A stretch of DNA of 64,000 nt from Ascidiella aspersa. Lineage: Eukaryota. The position numbers were made by a program, and so were the translations under genes. Shown here in pieces: positions 38,401 through 52,600 of this stretch; within the stretch, counting starts at the first letter, position 1; the number at the start of each line of letters is the position of its first letter. The stretch covers positions 32,178,001-32,242,000 of the forward strand of contig OZ004607.1 of the NCBI GenBank assembly GCA_963924565.1. The letters run 5' to 3'. A model generated the notes under the pieces. The model worked only from the letters and a program-made list of their open reading frames with translations, did no database searches and was not told the origin of the DNA.

Positions 38401-41400
38401 TACGGTCGTTCGTATACATTTTACTACTTACTCTGCCTGAACTTTAGCAAAAGAGTAGTAAAGCTGAAAATAATGTTCTTTTCGCAAAATAGCACACTTT
38501 CACGCATTTTAACGAGATATAGCAAGACCAGACTTTTTGTTGTTGTATTAGTTTTTTGTACCTTACTTATCATTAATTTAGAAGTGATTAATCTTAACCG
38601 CAAATCTGCTTATGGATGTTTAGATATATCGTTTGTTATTGCCCATCGAGCTAAGTGATAAGATAAGTAAAAACAAGTAGGGAGTTTACTTCATACTGGA
38701 CATTTTGTTCCGAAACCGAATTTGTTGTGCAAATTTTTTTTTATCAATTTAGCTTTTTATTTAGCAAATATTTCTGAGTAAGCTGGCAAATAAAATGGCT
38801 GAAATTCCTATTTGAATTTGGTATCGGACAAGTATTACCACAACTTGGTATCGTATATCGCAGCCGATTCAGTATTAAAGAAATCCTTACACACTACCCC
38901 TTTATTCTCGTATCTACGATTCGACAGTAAACATTTATTTTTCTACTCTCCAGCCCAAGTAGTTTGAAAGGCGCCAAAATCCCCTCAAAACGCTTTATTT
39001 ACCATTCTCAGGTTCGCCATCACGCACAACGAGATCTCACACATTCTCCCATTGGCAATCTCGCTCGCCACCAAGTTCTGGGTGTACGCCACCTCCTTCT
39101 ACTACTTCTGGCCTTTCGTCTACTCGCTACTGGGCAAGCTCTTCTTCCTCACTTGCACCCCAGCCATGTGGTACTTCTTCTATAAGGCGCTTAAGTCCGA
39201 CCCCGGAATCATCGCCGTACAGGAAGACCAGAAGAAACGGGTAAGTGTCGTAATGCTGCCTAAACCGGGCTCGCCACACATTTTTGATTTCAACCAAAAA
39301 AAGTGTGCCCAGGGAGTCCTTGAATGGGAAGTTCTGAAAAGTCCCTACGTATTTAAACCAAACTATTAAAACTTGATTCGTTTGAAAGGCGCTGACCTCT
39401 ATAAACCTAACTATATATGGTTCTTAACGTGCTGGACAACTTTCTAAACAGACGTGTACTTATTGAAGTGCGGTCTGTAGTAATAAAGTGAACAAATTAT
39501 TAAAAAAACTAATCCCGATTTAGATAATTTAATTTATTGAACCCATTTTTTAACACTTTGATTTTAACCCTAGTGTGTCCAGGGAGTCTTGAATGGAAAG
39601 TTATATTTAAACCAAATACTGTATCATAACTTGATCCATTCGAAAGGCACTTACCTCCCATAAACCTCACCATATACTGATTTACTTTTGGTATTGGTTT
39701 TGTAGAAGCGACATAAACACATTTAAAAAGCAATTCCCCATGTGAAACGTTTAAAACGGTTTAAAGGTTTTGTTTTAAGAAAATGTTAAGCTTCAGACCT
39801 ATACATTATTGCAATCTACATGTAAGGCCTGAAGTAAAGTTGTTATCCCGATAAGATGGCGGATTGCATTTTTAAGGTTGCAGAACTTTGTTATGCATAT
39901 CGAAGCCGAAACAGACATCATGTCAATGGCAAACCCCTTGTTGTCACATTTTGCTTGGTTTGTTTGCGAATTGTGTTTTTGTTAAATTTTGATAATAAGG
40001 AATGTTTTTTCTCTCTCAACAATATGTGCTCGAGTCTGCTTTATAATTTCATGTTGACTATAATACTGCGAAAATTTCCCAAACTAATAAAAATAATATC
40101 GGAAAATCATTATTAGCAATACTATATGCAAGCTTAAAAGCTCTACCCCTAGTTGGATAACTGATTTACGTTTTTTGAAGCAGTGAACTATTGTTTAAGT
40201 ATGCAGATTAGTTATTTTTTCCGGCGCTACAAGGACCATCAATTATGAATTGGCTTTCCATATCTTGCTGTTCGCAATAGTTACCCAGTCGTGTACAGCG
40301 TTTACATTGTATCAGTCATTGTGTTGCTTGTCACGATTTCTTAGAACTGAAAAGTGTCTCAAGTCATGCTTGACGGTTCAAACGGGAACTGCAATCTTCC
40401 ATAAGGTGTTTCCCCGCGGATTATTATTCAAGCGAGGTTATATAGCGACACGTACTTTTACCGAATATCAAACGGTTAATGGCATTTAATTTTGCTTTTA
40501 GGCTGACACCACTGGTAGATTTTACCTCTATCAAAATAAACGTGATTCGAGTACTGTGCGTTCTAAAACCACCCTAAAAAGCGCATTGTTCTTTCTATCA
40601 TTGATTGATTTCCCTCCTTTTGTTAGTTTTTACACTCTGGTTTGCTTGGCGTCGACTTTTGCCAAAGGACGCTTCTTTGAAAGCTTTGTAACTTTCATCT
40701 AAAACTGTCAGCATACGGTCCGTGCCCTTTTGTAATAAACCTGGACTATGTGTTGTTTGCCTATTAGGGATTAAACACAGTATAAGTAATGTTAGCTGTT
40801 GACCGCCATTTTTTGCAGTTGTTTTTATGGTCACAACTCACTAGAACTTTTTTGACTGTTTTTACATTTGAAAACGTTTAGAGATACGCCTATTTTGATT
40901 CATTACACTCTTTGACAAAAAAAATACATAATTTTAAAGGTGGTGTAGTCATTTTATTTCGAACCAACATTCTTTCCTTTTAAGGTGATTATCCATCTAG
41001 CTGAAACAGAGGGACTCCGGATGGAAAATATCTGCAGTACTTGTATGGTGAGTGAAATAATACCTGTGACATTAGGTAGGACTTGTTCAGTCCCAATACT
41101 GCAGTTTAATTGAGAAAATGTGTTCAAGGATAGCACTTCTGAATAGTTAAAATATCAAGTTGCAGATGAGCGGGCGTTTTGCCAACATTCAACGTGTCTC
41201 TAATCGTCCAGGGATGCCACAAAGCCTTCGAATCTTTAAAAGTCTTTGAATTTATTTTATTTCCCGATTAAGTTATGTATGTTAAAAATGCCGTGTAAAA
41301 CAATTGAAAAATGTTTTTAACTTTGTTGACCACGGTTACTGTTTTATTTTCGAATAATTATCAAAAATCGTCGAGCGATCCAATTTTAGATCTTTGAAAA

Positions 41401-44400
41401 CCTACAAATTTTCTTTGAAAAGTCATGACATTTTTTTATGAAACTGTGTGGCAACCATGTCGTAAAATATTAGCAAAAAAGTACCGTTGAAAGGCTTTTT
41501 ACCTTTATTTTTAGATCGCGAAACCGCTCCGTTCGAAGCACTGCTCCGTGACGAACAAGTGCGTTGCCAAGTTCGACCACTACTGTCCGTGGGTGTTTAA
41601 CGCTGTGGGCGCCGGCAACCACGTGTACTTCATCTGCTACCTTTGCGCGCTGCTGGGCATGCTATCCTGGAACGTGTACGCCGCTTTCATATGTAAGCAA
41701 TTCGAATGATTGGTTTGATAAGAAGTCCAGCTAATTCTTGTTTGGGCTTTTGTAGCAGGTTTAATGTTGTTTATGTGGCTTGTCTGGCTAACTTGTCGAT
41801 ATTTCCAACAACTATTTTTAACTAAAATTTTACTGAAGCCTGCTTTTCAGTATGACTTTTAGTCTTGGGTGTTTTGCGTTCTAACGGATAATTCACAGTG
41901 GCCTTCATTGCCAAATTGGATAAGGCCTTAAAATAAGCTTAACCAATGAAACAACTGTAAATATTTCCGTATTAACCTCATTATGTTTTGAAAATTTGAT
42001 TTATTTTGTTGTTAATAACGGTAGAAAAGTAAGCGACTTTGTTTATTAACAAACGAGATGTGGCTGTATTTTCATTCCAGAAAAACAGTCAATATGTTCA
42101 ATTGTTAAACTTTCGAGCATGATGCCTGGAAGTTTTAGTTACACGTAGAATGAATATCAAAGCCCTATATATCTTTATTGGAAAAGTTTCACAAAATACT
42201 TTATTCTTCAACTTTGTTTTTCAAATACTCAGTAATTCAGGCTCATTTAGCAATCTGTAAAGTTCAAAAAATGCTCATTTAGCAATCTGTAAAGTTCAAA
42301 ATAGTAATCTGTTCATGACGAAAGAGAGCTATTTCATATCTTTTTGCTCGTGCTTTAAAAAATTGTGATTCACGCTTAACAAAATAGAGCAATTGCTTAC
42401 CTTTTTTGTTATATGGTCGAAAAATCAGTGTCGCACTTTACATACATAGCTCATGTAATGACTGACGCTTTTTACCCACCTCCAATAAGACGTGTTCGTT
42501 TTCCCGCCAGATTGGGCTCACGCGTGTCACGTGCCCGATGATCTAATCGGCATCGATCGGACTTGGTTCGTGGTTCGCTTCTCTCCCTGGGTTGTGTGGA
42601 TCTTCATCAACTGCACTTTTCACCTGCTGTGGGTGTGCGTTCTGCTAACCTGCCAAATGTACCAGGTGAGCTTCTAATATGTGCTGGGCAGTATAATTTT
42701 ACTATTTGTTGAGGTTTTACAAGCCACTTTATTATCCTAATATAATTTTTAAATTGCTTGTGTGCTCTAATTGTGTCCAGCGACATTTAGTAGTCTCTCA
42801 GTTGAAACAAAGAATTTAAATTAAGACCCTTTAGTCGGAACGAGTTGTAAGAGATTTTTACAATCTGAAAAGCATGGGCTATGCTAAAAAATAGAGTTCC
42901 AACTAAATAGATTATGAGTAATTAAATGTTTGCGATTTAAACTAAATTGAATATGAATAATTTAATGTATTATAGTTTGAATTCTAATCTAATTTAATAA
43001 AACTTTGGCGGGCCACTGAGTTAGCTCGTAATAAGAGTGTAATTTACCGTAATTGATTTTTACAACACTTGCATATTAACAGAAGCTCTAAAGTAAACTT
43101 TCCATTTTAGTGTTCCAGACATTCTCTATCGAACATACAAACATCAAAAGAATGTTTCTGCTGCGCCTCGTACAAAATTAACGTGGGATAGAAATATGAA
43201 CAGGCGTTTTCCAACATTCAACTCTTAAATAAACTTCGATTTTAAAGCGTCTCTTTGCACGATCACATTGAGCTTGAAATTGCGATCTAACAAGCTCTTT
43301 AACATGTAAAGTACTCCGATACTATCGAATGGAAGCTCATACCCGTAATCAACAGGGTTGTATTATAAATCTACTGGTAAACTTGACCTGATATATGTGT
43401 GGCACCGGTAATAAGACATTTCACACATAGTTTGCAATCCAATGCAGCGTTTTCCCATTAGAAAGATAAATTTGTAGGGTAGTAAAATTGACAACTATAG
43501 GTAGCTTAACTGTGTTCGGCCGAGTATCTTATGACTAAATAACCTGGCGAAGCTGGCCATTGCGTGTTTTAACTTCAACATTTTTCCTACTTACTATAAT
43601 TTCTAACGATTCTACTTGGTCTAAAAATATGGGGTATCAGTGACTGGTGAATACGAGTACGAGGTAGCAGAAGATGGACACACTTAATACCGTGTATTTC
43701 CTCAAAAGTACGATGTTATAAAAAGTGAAGACTTGCCGTTCCACTATTAAGCAGGGCTGTGGAGTCGGTTAAAAATAAACCCGAGTTTGTCTCCATCCAA
43801 TTGAGCGATTTCGTTGAGTCCAGAGTCCAGCTCTGACTCTACACATTCCGGCTATATTCCGCCAATTTACGTAACTAAATACAGTGGATATTCAGCAATC
43901 CACTTGTAGGGTGTCATATAATTCATCCACTAACAATACATGGTCGGAAAATATCCACCATATTTTATTCCGCTGCCTGAATTAAGCACGACTAACCTAA
44001 TTCTGTCGCAGATCGCTTGGCTCGGTGTGACGACCAATGAGCGAATGAACGCAGCGAGGTACCAGCACTTCCACACTTCGCAACATGGACACCTCGAGAA
44101 GAGTCCCTTCGAGTAAGTGGCCAGTGCTTCCCCATGCCGCTTTATGTGTTAGAAAAATGTAACATTTAGAAAACTGTAACATCTAGACAACTGTAACATT
44201 TAGAAATGCTTCGCGACACACCGGTTGGGAAGCACTGACTTGTCTGAAATCAAACTGGATTCGCTTGTAAACGCTGATTTCAGTTTATGTAAACTGGGGT
44301 CGTGTAATAAAAAGGTTGGAGACCACTGCTTTATGTTACAACATTTTTCTTATTACAGCCGAGGCTTCTTCAACAACCTGGCCGACTTTTTCCAGTGCAA

Positions 44401-44506
44401 TTGCCTCGGAATCCTGCGTCCGATCCGCGTCGACTGGAAGACCAGGATGGAGTTCGGGAAGGAGTTCGCCGGATGTCAAGGACACAAGATCCACGAGAAC
44501 GTCTAA
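29487..44506 (+). CDS. ZDHHC17: Palmitoyltransferase ZDHHC17/HIP14 (ankyrin repeats plus DHHC domain, here DHYC), 590 aa, 13 coding exons
   Basis: Phase-consistent exons 29487-29512, 29685-29834, 30266-30385, 31779-31946, 32857-33019, 33562-33693, 35821-35960, 39012-39240, 40985-41047, 41515-41692, 42511-42665, 44012-44112, 44359-44506 (1773 nt). Motifs [64 protein letters not shown] and RPIRVDW are collinear with human ZDHHC17. Confidence 0.96.
33761..34173. mobile_element. Degenerate MITE family with CAGTGTTGTAAAC-like ends and AAGTCA repeats
   Basis: cagtgttgtga...gttacaacacc with repeated aagtca; related pieces at ~240-301, 3155-3265, 8080-8510, 16820-16960 and 50868-51040. Confidence 0.55.
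34758..34919. mobile_element. Small hAT-type MITE, 162 bp
   Basis: Degenerate TIRs cagtgttttttt / aaaaaaatcctg; perfect TSD gttatgac. Confidence 0.8.
35477..35820 (+). repeat. Diverged tandem duplication of an intron 3' end
   Basis: 35477-35652 and 35658-35820 share taaattctccaaacgcaaattgtgcgac and acagcagcgtac; they end ttctccac and ttctccag respectively. Confidence 0.85.
36057..36396. mobile_element. hAT-type MITE (TAG termini), 340 bp
   Basis: TIRs tagagatagaccgata / tatcggtcgatcttta; perfect TSD atgttaag; ccgata repeats. Confidence 0.9.
37770..38074. mobile_element. Degenerate hAT MITE containing a solo Harbinger-MITE end
   Basis: caaggatgtccaa / ttggacatccctg; 37843-37886 matches the terminus of the 47737-48019 element. 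Confidence 0.65.
39303..39677 (+). repeat. Diverged ~110-bp direct repeat pair in ZDHHC17 intron 8
   Basis: 39303-39418 and 39573-39677 share ccagggagtc, tatttaaaccaaa, aacttgat, gaaaggc and ataaacct. Confidence 0.75.
42241..42301 (+). repeat. Tandem repeat with 32-bp period, 2 copies
   Basis: gctcatttagcaatctgtaaagttcaaaa twice. Confidence 0.9.
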
Positions 44507-46509
44507 CCCCATCATCCTGGGTCCTTCGGAACCTCTCAAGAAAACTCACCAAAAATGTAACTTTACCTGGGGCGCGGGTTGTGAGTTTTTCATAGTGCCG
44601 AAAAGAAAATTGCGATTTTGTTAAAGTTGGATTGCCAAAAAAATGGTTGTCAAAGTTTAAAGTTGCCCATTGTAAATGGGCGTTTATTGTGTGGATATAT
44701 TCCCGCGCACAATCGCCCCGTTTGTTTTCGCCAACCCTCGTGTCAACAAATCTCGTGTCAATGAATCGTGAAAAAGACATTTTTGCTTCTAGTGGTGCGA
44801 CGCTCGTTTGTTTTGGTTTTAACACATCTCCTAAAACCGTTTTCCTGTTTGAGCCTGACATGAAGCAGTAATTTTTTTTGACAAAAGGCAACCTTTCATA
44901 TTCTTCTGGAAAACACTGTACGCGGCTTTTCGGCTCCGCTATTTTCCGTCCCCTAAGTTCACCTTTAATCGGTTTGTTTCTGACATAACCTAGATCGGTT
45001 TGAGCTCAACTCAAGGCCGCACGTTTTACCTTTATGCTTAAGGGGCAATTGAACATTATAAAATAGCCTTCTTGTAACGTGGCGTTGTGTAATGCGACGA
45101 AGGTACTTGGATCTCTGCTTTAGGGTTGCTCGAAAGGTATTTCAATATATTTGAAACCCTATGATCATCAGAAACCGTTCCAGACCTTTTTGTCGAGTCG
45201 TACATATCCAAACAATGCTGGGCATATAAGTATGAAACATAACTGACAACTGTGTTTTTTCAAGGTCAGGTTTGGTGACCGCTAAATAATTGAAGATACC
45301 TGAACAATTTTATCTAAGTTTGTAGAAATAACCATAGCTGTACGCCGTGTACGGTTACATATAATTTGTAGACTGTTAAAAGAAATTTGTAACACCGTTT
45401 AGATTTCTTAAAACCACCCTAAAACACTGCGTAAAAAAGAGGACTTTTCTCGTTCGCGATTTTTACTTGTGTGTATCGCAGTACTTTTTTATTTTTCACT
45501 TCAGTGTATAACAAAGTTGAGAAATATAGATCTCGGTAAAACTTTTATTTCGTGCAGTGTTCACCACTAATGTCACACCTTAAAAACTTTTTTCATGTCT
45601 TAAAAATGAACGTAGTTTTTAATGTTATATCAGGTCTAGTCGTCGTATAAAGTTCGCAATTGAAAGTCGACTTAACCTAATCCAAATAAAATTAATTTTT
45701 AACCTTGAACGATTCAATTGAAAATTGGTTTAAAAAATATCGCTCTTTTTTGTCGCCTATTACCGTTACCTTGTTAAATCATTGCATCGTATCCCTATCA
45801 CACCTTGATTTATGCGTAGAAATTTTTATCGTAGAAAATATCCCATGTGATTGTCGAATGATTGTTTCTGGCGGTTGTAGGCAATGGTTTGTTCGTCTAT
45901 GCAGAGCGATTGATCGCAAATCTTGTGGGGAATGAGTTTGTACAGCTCGCGAACAAAGTGCTATATTTACAGTTGGCAGAACAGTGCTTTATACCTTGTG
46001 ATCACGCAATATTACTGTCTAAAAAATATCTTTTTGACTATTTAGGAGACATCGCATTTAGTGTTCGATTGCTCATGCACTGTTTAAATATCAAAGGGGA
46101 TTTGACCCTTTCCAATTTTAAGTTCTTTTTTTCCAAATAAACCAATTGTATTATAGAACTTTAAGAAATATGTGTTTATACTTCTTGTATACTAGCTTAT
46201 GTACTGTTGTTTGTGTGTAGCTGTGTCGTTATTTCGCACTGAATTTTAATCTCTGACGCATGTTTACTATGATCCCGTAATAAACCAACTTCGTAACACC
46301 TACTGTGCGTAGCGGTTTACTATCCAGTTAGTTGTATTGTAATGCTAAAGAGAACCTGGCAGTTTAACAATTCCTTATTTTCTATTCCATTGTGTAACAA
46401 TTTTATGTAAACGTCAAATTTATCAGGCTATTTTTGTTAACAGCCGCAACCATATAAGGATTGTCGTTAAATATACAATTATTTTTTCGTTATTGCAAAC
46501 TCTCATAAG

Positions 46510-46855
46510 TAGGGCGATTATTTTTTGACTTGTCAAAATTTACACGTTAGGTCAAAATTTTTTCAAGTCAAAATCGAATAAAATGCTCATAAATTGTTTA
46601 CAAAAATAAAAAAAAAACTATAGTCAGCTTTTTGAAATTGGTCTTTTAGTTGTTTTCAAATTTATCGTTCAATTTTTATCAAAAAAAAAAGTTTTGATTT
46701 ATGTTCAAAGTCAATTTCGCCGTATTGTATCTTTATTAGAGCAATATAGGCTACGGTTTAAAAAACGTGTGATTAACGACACCTAGGGTATTTAAATCAA
46801 TATATTTCTAACAGGTCAAAATAAATTATTTTTAGGTCAAAAAATAATCGCCCTA
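46510..46855. mobile_element. hAT-type MITE, 346 bp
   Basis: Perfect 20-bp TIR tagggcgattattttttgac; perfect TSD ctcataag. Confidence 0.93.
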
Positions 46856-47376
46856 CTCATAAGAGATCATCTCCTAGTTATATTTTTAAGCCATGATTAG
46901 GCTTACCTTTACATCGAAGTCCCAAATAAGCTGGTTTTCGAAAGAATGTTATTTAATGATGTCATAAGGACTAAATAAATGGGAACATGAGTTGGACAAA
47001 AATTGCACAGAAAGCTACGCCACCATAAGGACTGCCCTTTGTAACGTATGCTAATGAAAATAGGTTTGCTTTTTAATTTTTTTTTGTTCAAAAACCCTTT
47101 TGCCAGAATTTTGGGTAATATTAAGTAAAACAATTTTTGGGTAAAATTTGAATAAAACTTGTGTTGACCTTTTTACTATGCTCATGAGAATTTCTTTTTT
47201 GTAACTGTTAAACCTACCTAGATTGATTAAGTCCATATTTCAGGGAAATTAAAAGATCTTTCTTGGGCAACTTGTTCTAACCGCCTCGAAAAACTTTGCT
47301 CCAGAATTTAAGTTTGACGAAAGTAACCGTTTTCTAAGACCTGGCTAATGTCATTTGGAATTTTTGACAATAGAAG

Positions 47377-48119
47377 CAGACTTGGACAACTAGATTTATT
47401 TTAGCTTTTTAAAATTAGAGCATTTCAGGTTTTCTAAATTAGATTAGAATTCGAATTACCAAACTCTTAAAAAGACGAATTTGAATTAGAATCACATTTG
47501 AATGTTCACAATCAATTTCAGTAAATCGAGAAGTATTCTAATAAGAATGTAAATGGTAAATATATGTCTGCTAATTGTGATGCCTTTTAGCATAGCATAT
47601 GCTTTTCAGACAGTGAAAATGACATTCCAACCAAATAGTTTGAATTCAAATTCTTCGTTTTGAATAAGAGACTAAAAATGTCGTTGGACAAAGAAGCATT
47701 TTTCGTAAAATCCGAATTAGATTAGAACTAGAATTAAGGCCCGTTTACACTACAGCTGCACTGAGCTGAGCAAAGCGTAATTTACATTTAAATTCTATTG
47801 TGGCGAGCGTTTCAAGCTTTGCTAAACTCAAGCCCCGTGCAGCAGCTTAAAAATACGCTTTGGAGCGATTTTCACGCTTTGCTAAACTCAAGCCCAGTGC
47901 CGCTATAGAAACACATTACGTTTGGAGCGATTTTTACGCCCAGCGCAGCTCACTGCAGCTGTAGTGAAAACAATTTCACGCCCAGTGCAGCTCAGTGCAG
48001 CTGTAGTGTAAACGGGCCTTAAGAGCACACAAGCAATTCACAAATTAGATTAGAATTAGCCGCATTTTGCTCTAATTTATTGAATTAGAAAACTAGAATT
48101 ATCTAGTTGTCCAAGTCTG
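47377..48119. mobile_element. hAT-type MITE hosting a Harbinger MITE
   Basis: TIR cagacttggacaactagat / atctagttgtccaagtctg; aattaga repeats; degenerate TSD aatagaag/ccaagaag. Confidence 0.85.
47737..48019. mobile_element. PIF/Harbinger (Tourist-like) MITE
   Basis: Perfect ~32-bp TIR aggcccgtttacactacagctgcactgagctg; TWA-type flanks (tta/taa); internal ~60-bp tandem repeat. Confidence 0.88.
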
Positions 48120-49653
48120 CCAAGAAGGCCTTTGTCTTTGCTTTGGTACAAAATAGTTTGCCTGCTGTCATTAGTAACTAAGAACTAACTGCTTTTTTTT
48201 CTTAACGACTTCTTCTAAAGTTCTTTTTGACTTTTGTACAACTAAGATTAAATGAATTAAAGTAAAACGACTACACTGTCACAAAACTGCGGTATTTGTC
48301 TCACAGCACAACTCCTCAAAAATGTATTCAACATGAACATTTCGCATAAAATTGAACAAAATAAAAATAAACCAACACAAGTTGCTTAATTTTCAAACAA
48401 ATCACTTCTTTCTCTTGATTGCAACATCATCGAATATTCCTCAGGCACTAAAAAGAAGAAAAAATATTATTTGTTTTAATTTATTTTGTTTACGTCATTT
48501 TTCCGTATTGGCAACACGAGTCAACAAAATGTAGATGGCGAACCACTGACCACAGGATGGCGAACCACGGACCACAGGTTTTCAATGACCCACTTGTGTC
48601 TCAAGAAATACCGAAATGTTATCAATCATTTTCGTGAAAAAACAAATATACAAAAAAGCAGTTCTTCGTTTGATAACACTATGATGTTTAAATCAGGGCT
48701 GGCAAATCTGTGGGTCGTGCAAAAGTGTTTAAGGGGTGACGAGTATGCATACACTAACTGCACTCAAATTGTTGCAGAAAACCAGACAACTATAAAAGCA
48801 TTTTGTTTATCGCTGTAAACCGTATCGGGTGGTGATCCTTAAAGGGAAAATATGGGTTCGCGGACTAAAAGTTCTAAAAACCCTGGTTAAACCAATAAAC
48901 CATGCTGAAAGGCTTTCTGCTGAACTCCTTTATTCCCATAAAAATGATGCAGCATTTGTGAACTATTTAGCTTCTTAATATTTGTGGGAATCCGAATTCG
49001 GAAATCACTCAAAAAATTACCAACCCAGACAATAACACTTAAAACGACGCAGCAGAGTTTCGCATAAAATTAGCAAATAATTAAATGTATGACCAACTTG
49101 TGGATTTTGTAAGGATTAAAGTCGTGTTTGTGACCAGCGCGATGAAAAGGTTCAGTGATTGGTGAATAGTATTCGTACTGATCTTTGAAACTGAAGTAAC
49201 GAATGATGACAGCTAAGTGTTTGTGTTTCCCGTGTCCGTACGACACCAGTCGAAATTATTTTATTTTGTTTTTCGACCGAGATGAAATCACCGCTATGGC
49301 ATTTAAAAAACGATGTGAATTTTCATATTATTACCTCAGGTGTTTATTAGGAGTTAAGCGCATATCTTTTGTCTACTAAAAACAGATTCCTAACTACAAT
49401 CAGTTGATAATGAGAGACAAAAATGAGAGTGGTATGGATGTACTTGGTTGTGTAGCGTCATAAGTAATAATTAGTGGATAATTTGGAATTTATAGTATTG
49501 TGTATTTATCAAATATGTTACGATTTATGATTTGTCACTTTTTTACGCCTTTTACCAAACACTCGCTGTTACACTGAGAACAAAGCATTCAGCTGTTTTA
49601 CACATGAATAATGTTATATCGTGACACATATTTCCGTTATAGATAAAAGTATT

Positions 49654-52600
49654 TCACCTGTGTGAACGCGTTATTGTTAAAGTTCCCGGCTGCCAAAAAG
49701 GCGCTGGATTATAAATCATTTCCGCTTTTTGGTGTCGCCTTTCCTCTTTTATTCAAACTTTCAACTTATATATGCGAAACCTTATATCAATATATCCAGT
49801 CTTGTCTAGTCAATACAGTGAGTGGTTGTGCTTGCCGGCATTAGCCGGTTTGCCCATAATAGCCAACACAAACTGTGTGGAATTGTAATCAGACAACAGC
49901 AATACTTATTGAAGTAATAGTGAGGTTGATTGCCGAGGCAAATAAGTTTAATGAGACTTGCAATTAAACCCCGCTTCAGTTGCAACCGCAGAAAAACAAG
50001 GGTTATTGGTTAGTCTAAGCACAAACTAGAATTGACTAATTGGTTGTACGACGAACAACCAAGATATCTTACAATTAACTGAAGCTAAGCAAAATATTTT
50101 GTTGCAACACTCCAAAATACCAAAGTGTCTGCTTCTAAACCTTTAGTTTAAACAGTGGGTAAACCCCATTGTGTTTTAAATCCCGTCCGCCATGCCATGC
50201 CTCAAAATTAAAACAAGCGACTCGATATATACATACGTGGTCCGTAGCTTGCGACCGCCATCTCAGTAAGTCGCCGCACCAACTTGAATCCTTGGTAGAG
50301 CACCCCAACGTCTTCGTTGTCCCACACACCTTAAGTCGAAATGAGAGTGAATAACTTAAGCAAGGACGGACACAACTTTGCTACACCAGTAGTGAAACGA
50401 TGATCGAAGGCAATCAATGACCCGAGTTACTGTAAATTTTTTTTGTGACATGAAATACTTTTAATTTAATTCATTTTAAAACTTCATTTATTTTTTAAAC
50501 TGTCTTGACTTGGTTACTTATCATTTTTATAACACAAAAATAACTTTAGTGCATTTAAGTAACTGTTTACAAATAACCTAACTTGAGTTAACTATTAAAT
50601 AATTAAAGTAAAATTATTCAAATTAATTGGTAATTTTGAAAAAACACTTGACTTGGTTCCTGATACTATCCATCAAATAATAAAGATATACCATCACATA
50701 AAAAAAGATTTAGGTAGGCACAACGTTTAGAATGTTTTGTATCAATACGAAAGAAACTTGATTTCGTCTAAATTCTAAAGGATTAAAAATCTAATCCCGC
50801 TATTTAAACTGTTAGTTTAAGCAGTGGGCCACAGCAGATGACTGCTAACAGCGATTTATGCAAATGTCAGTGTTGTTAACAAGTGATTTGAAGCCACTTA
50901 AGTCCCAGTCAAGTAATTTGGAAAACAATTTAAATCCAAGTCAGGTCATTTAAAAAAAGATAAGTCCTAGTTAAGTCGTTTGAAAAAAACTAACATATCA
51001 AATCATTATAAGAGTAAGTCATTTTACAAGTCGAGTTCTTGTCCTTAAAATTAAACGTCAAATTAAACCAATAAAGATACACATTGCTGTTAAATAAACG
51101 AAAGTGTAAGTCATATAGTTGTTACCTGACAAAGGCAAAGGGCCAGGGTCGGGTATTCCAAGGGTTTGTGCGGCTACAGTGTGCACTCCTTCCAACTCGT
51201 CACGCAACGATGAAAGCACGCGTCTTGACATGCTGTCTGCAACGCGCAAATAACGCCGAGTTTAGCCATTTTTCGACATCCCGCGTATAACTTCTAATAG
51301 CTTATTTCAACACTGCATTCGCTCGTTTTATTTCATAAAGTAATCCAACATTGATGATTGTGGTTAATCTAGCACAGCGGTTCTCAACCAGTGGGCCATA
51401 AGAACATTTGAGGTGGGCCACAGACCAATTTAAACAAAACTAGATTTAGTTTCATTTGTGTCACTATATTTAATTTTACAGGAATAATGGCTTGGGGAGG
51501 AATTAAAAAGGAATGTAAATTTATTGTTCAGCGAGTATCTCACTAATGCACGGTTGAATAAATAATTTGTTTTGAAATATGTTCTGCTGTGCTTTGTTCT
51601 AAACCTATTTTACAGTTTTTTCTTTCATAAAAAAATATTGGGCCACAGAATTTTTTTGCAACGTAAATGGGCCACGAAAGAAAAAAGGTTGAGAACCACT
51701 GATCTAGCATGACAAAAATTGGGTCAAGTGAGGCGTCGTTAAAAATAAAATGATTTACTTTTTTAACTGTTCGTGCAGTTGTTGGCTCATTAAAAACATT
51801 AACAAACTGAAGTAATATTTGAAATTCGTTAGAATTAAGTTAAATTTCAAAATAGAAAGACAAACGTAAAATAAACTTAAGGTTTGTTTTTTTATCCGAC
51901 AAGTAAGTCATGAGTAATGTTTGGCAACTAGGTAACAACGGTTGGGAATCTTAATCTTTTTACGCTTTTGCCAAACTAGATTAACTTCCCATATTCTCTC
52001 AATACATAAAATACTGTTTATTTGGTAAAAAAAACTATGAATTTGACCAATATTAACGGAAATGATGGGTCAAAACCTGAAATTTGTTTCCATCCCTTAC
52101 ATCTAAACTAGACTATAAATGAATGCCCATACCCGGCGCTGGCATCTTAGGCAACCAAATGTGTCTTTTATGCGGCAAAACGCGTTAAGTCCTGTATCGA
52201 CGTTTGCCATAAAGAAGATTAAAACGTATTAAGTAAAGAGAAAAAATAAATAATGGGACACAGCTAAAAAACATAAATTCTGCTACATTACACTATGCAG
52301 TATGCATACCACTTTACGCACCTGGTCTGCTGTACAATAGCGATGGCAACAGCGTTTCGGAGAAGTTTTGCGTCCGCATGACGTTGGCCAGCACCGATGC
52401 TCGCTGGAAGTCGACGAACTCCTCGCTCGGGAATCGAACCGCGGTACTCAGCTGCGTCTTGATTTCGTACAGCATGTCGCGAAGCGCTCGGATGTCGCTA
52501 AGCGACGTGTCGCTGCTGGACGGATCTGCGCGAAAAGCGACATCGTTAGGTATTGAGATGTCCGTGTAGACTGGTGGTTCCTAGCCTGCGGGTCGCGACT

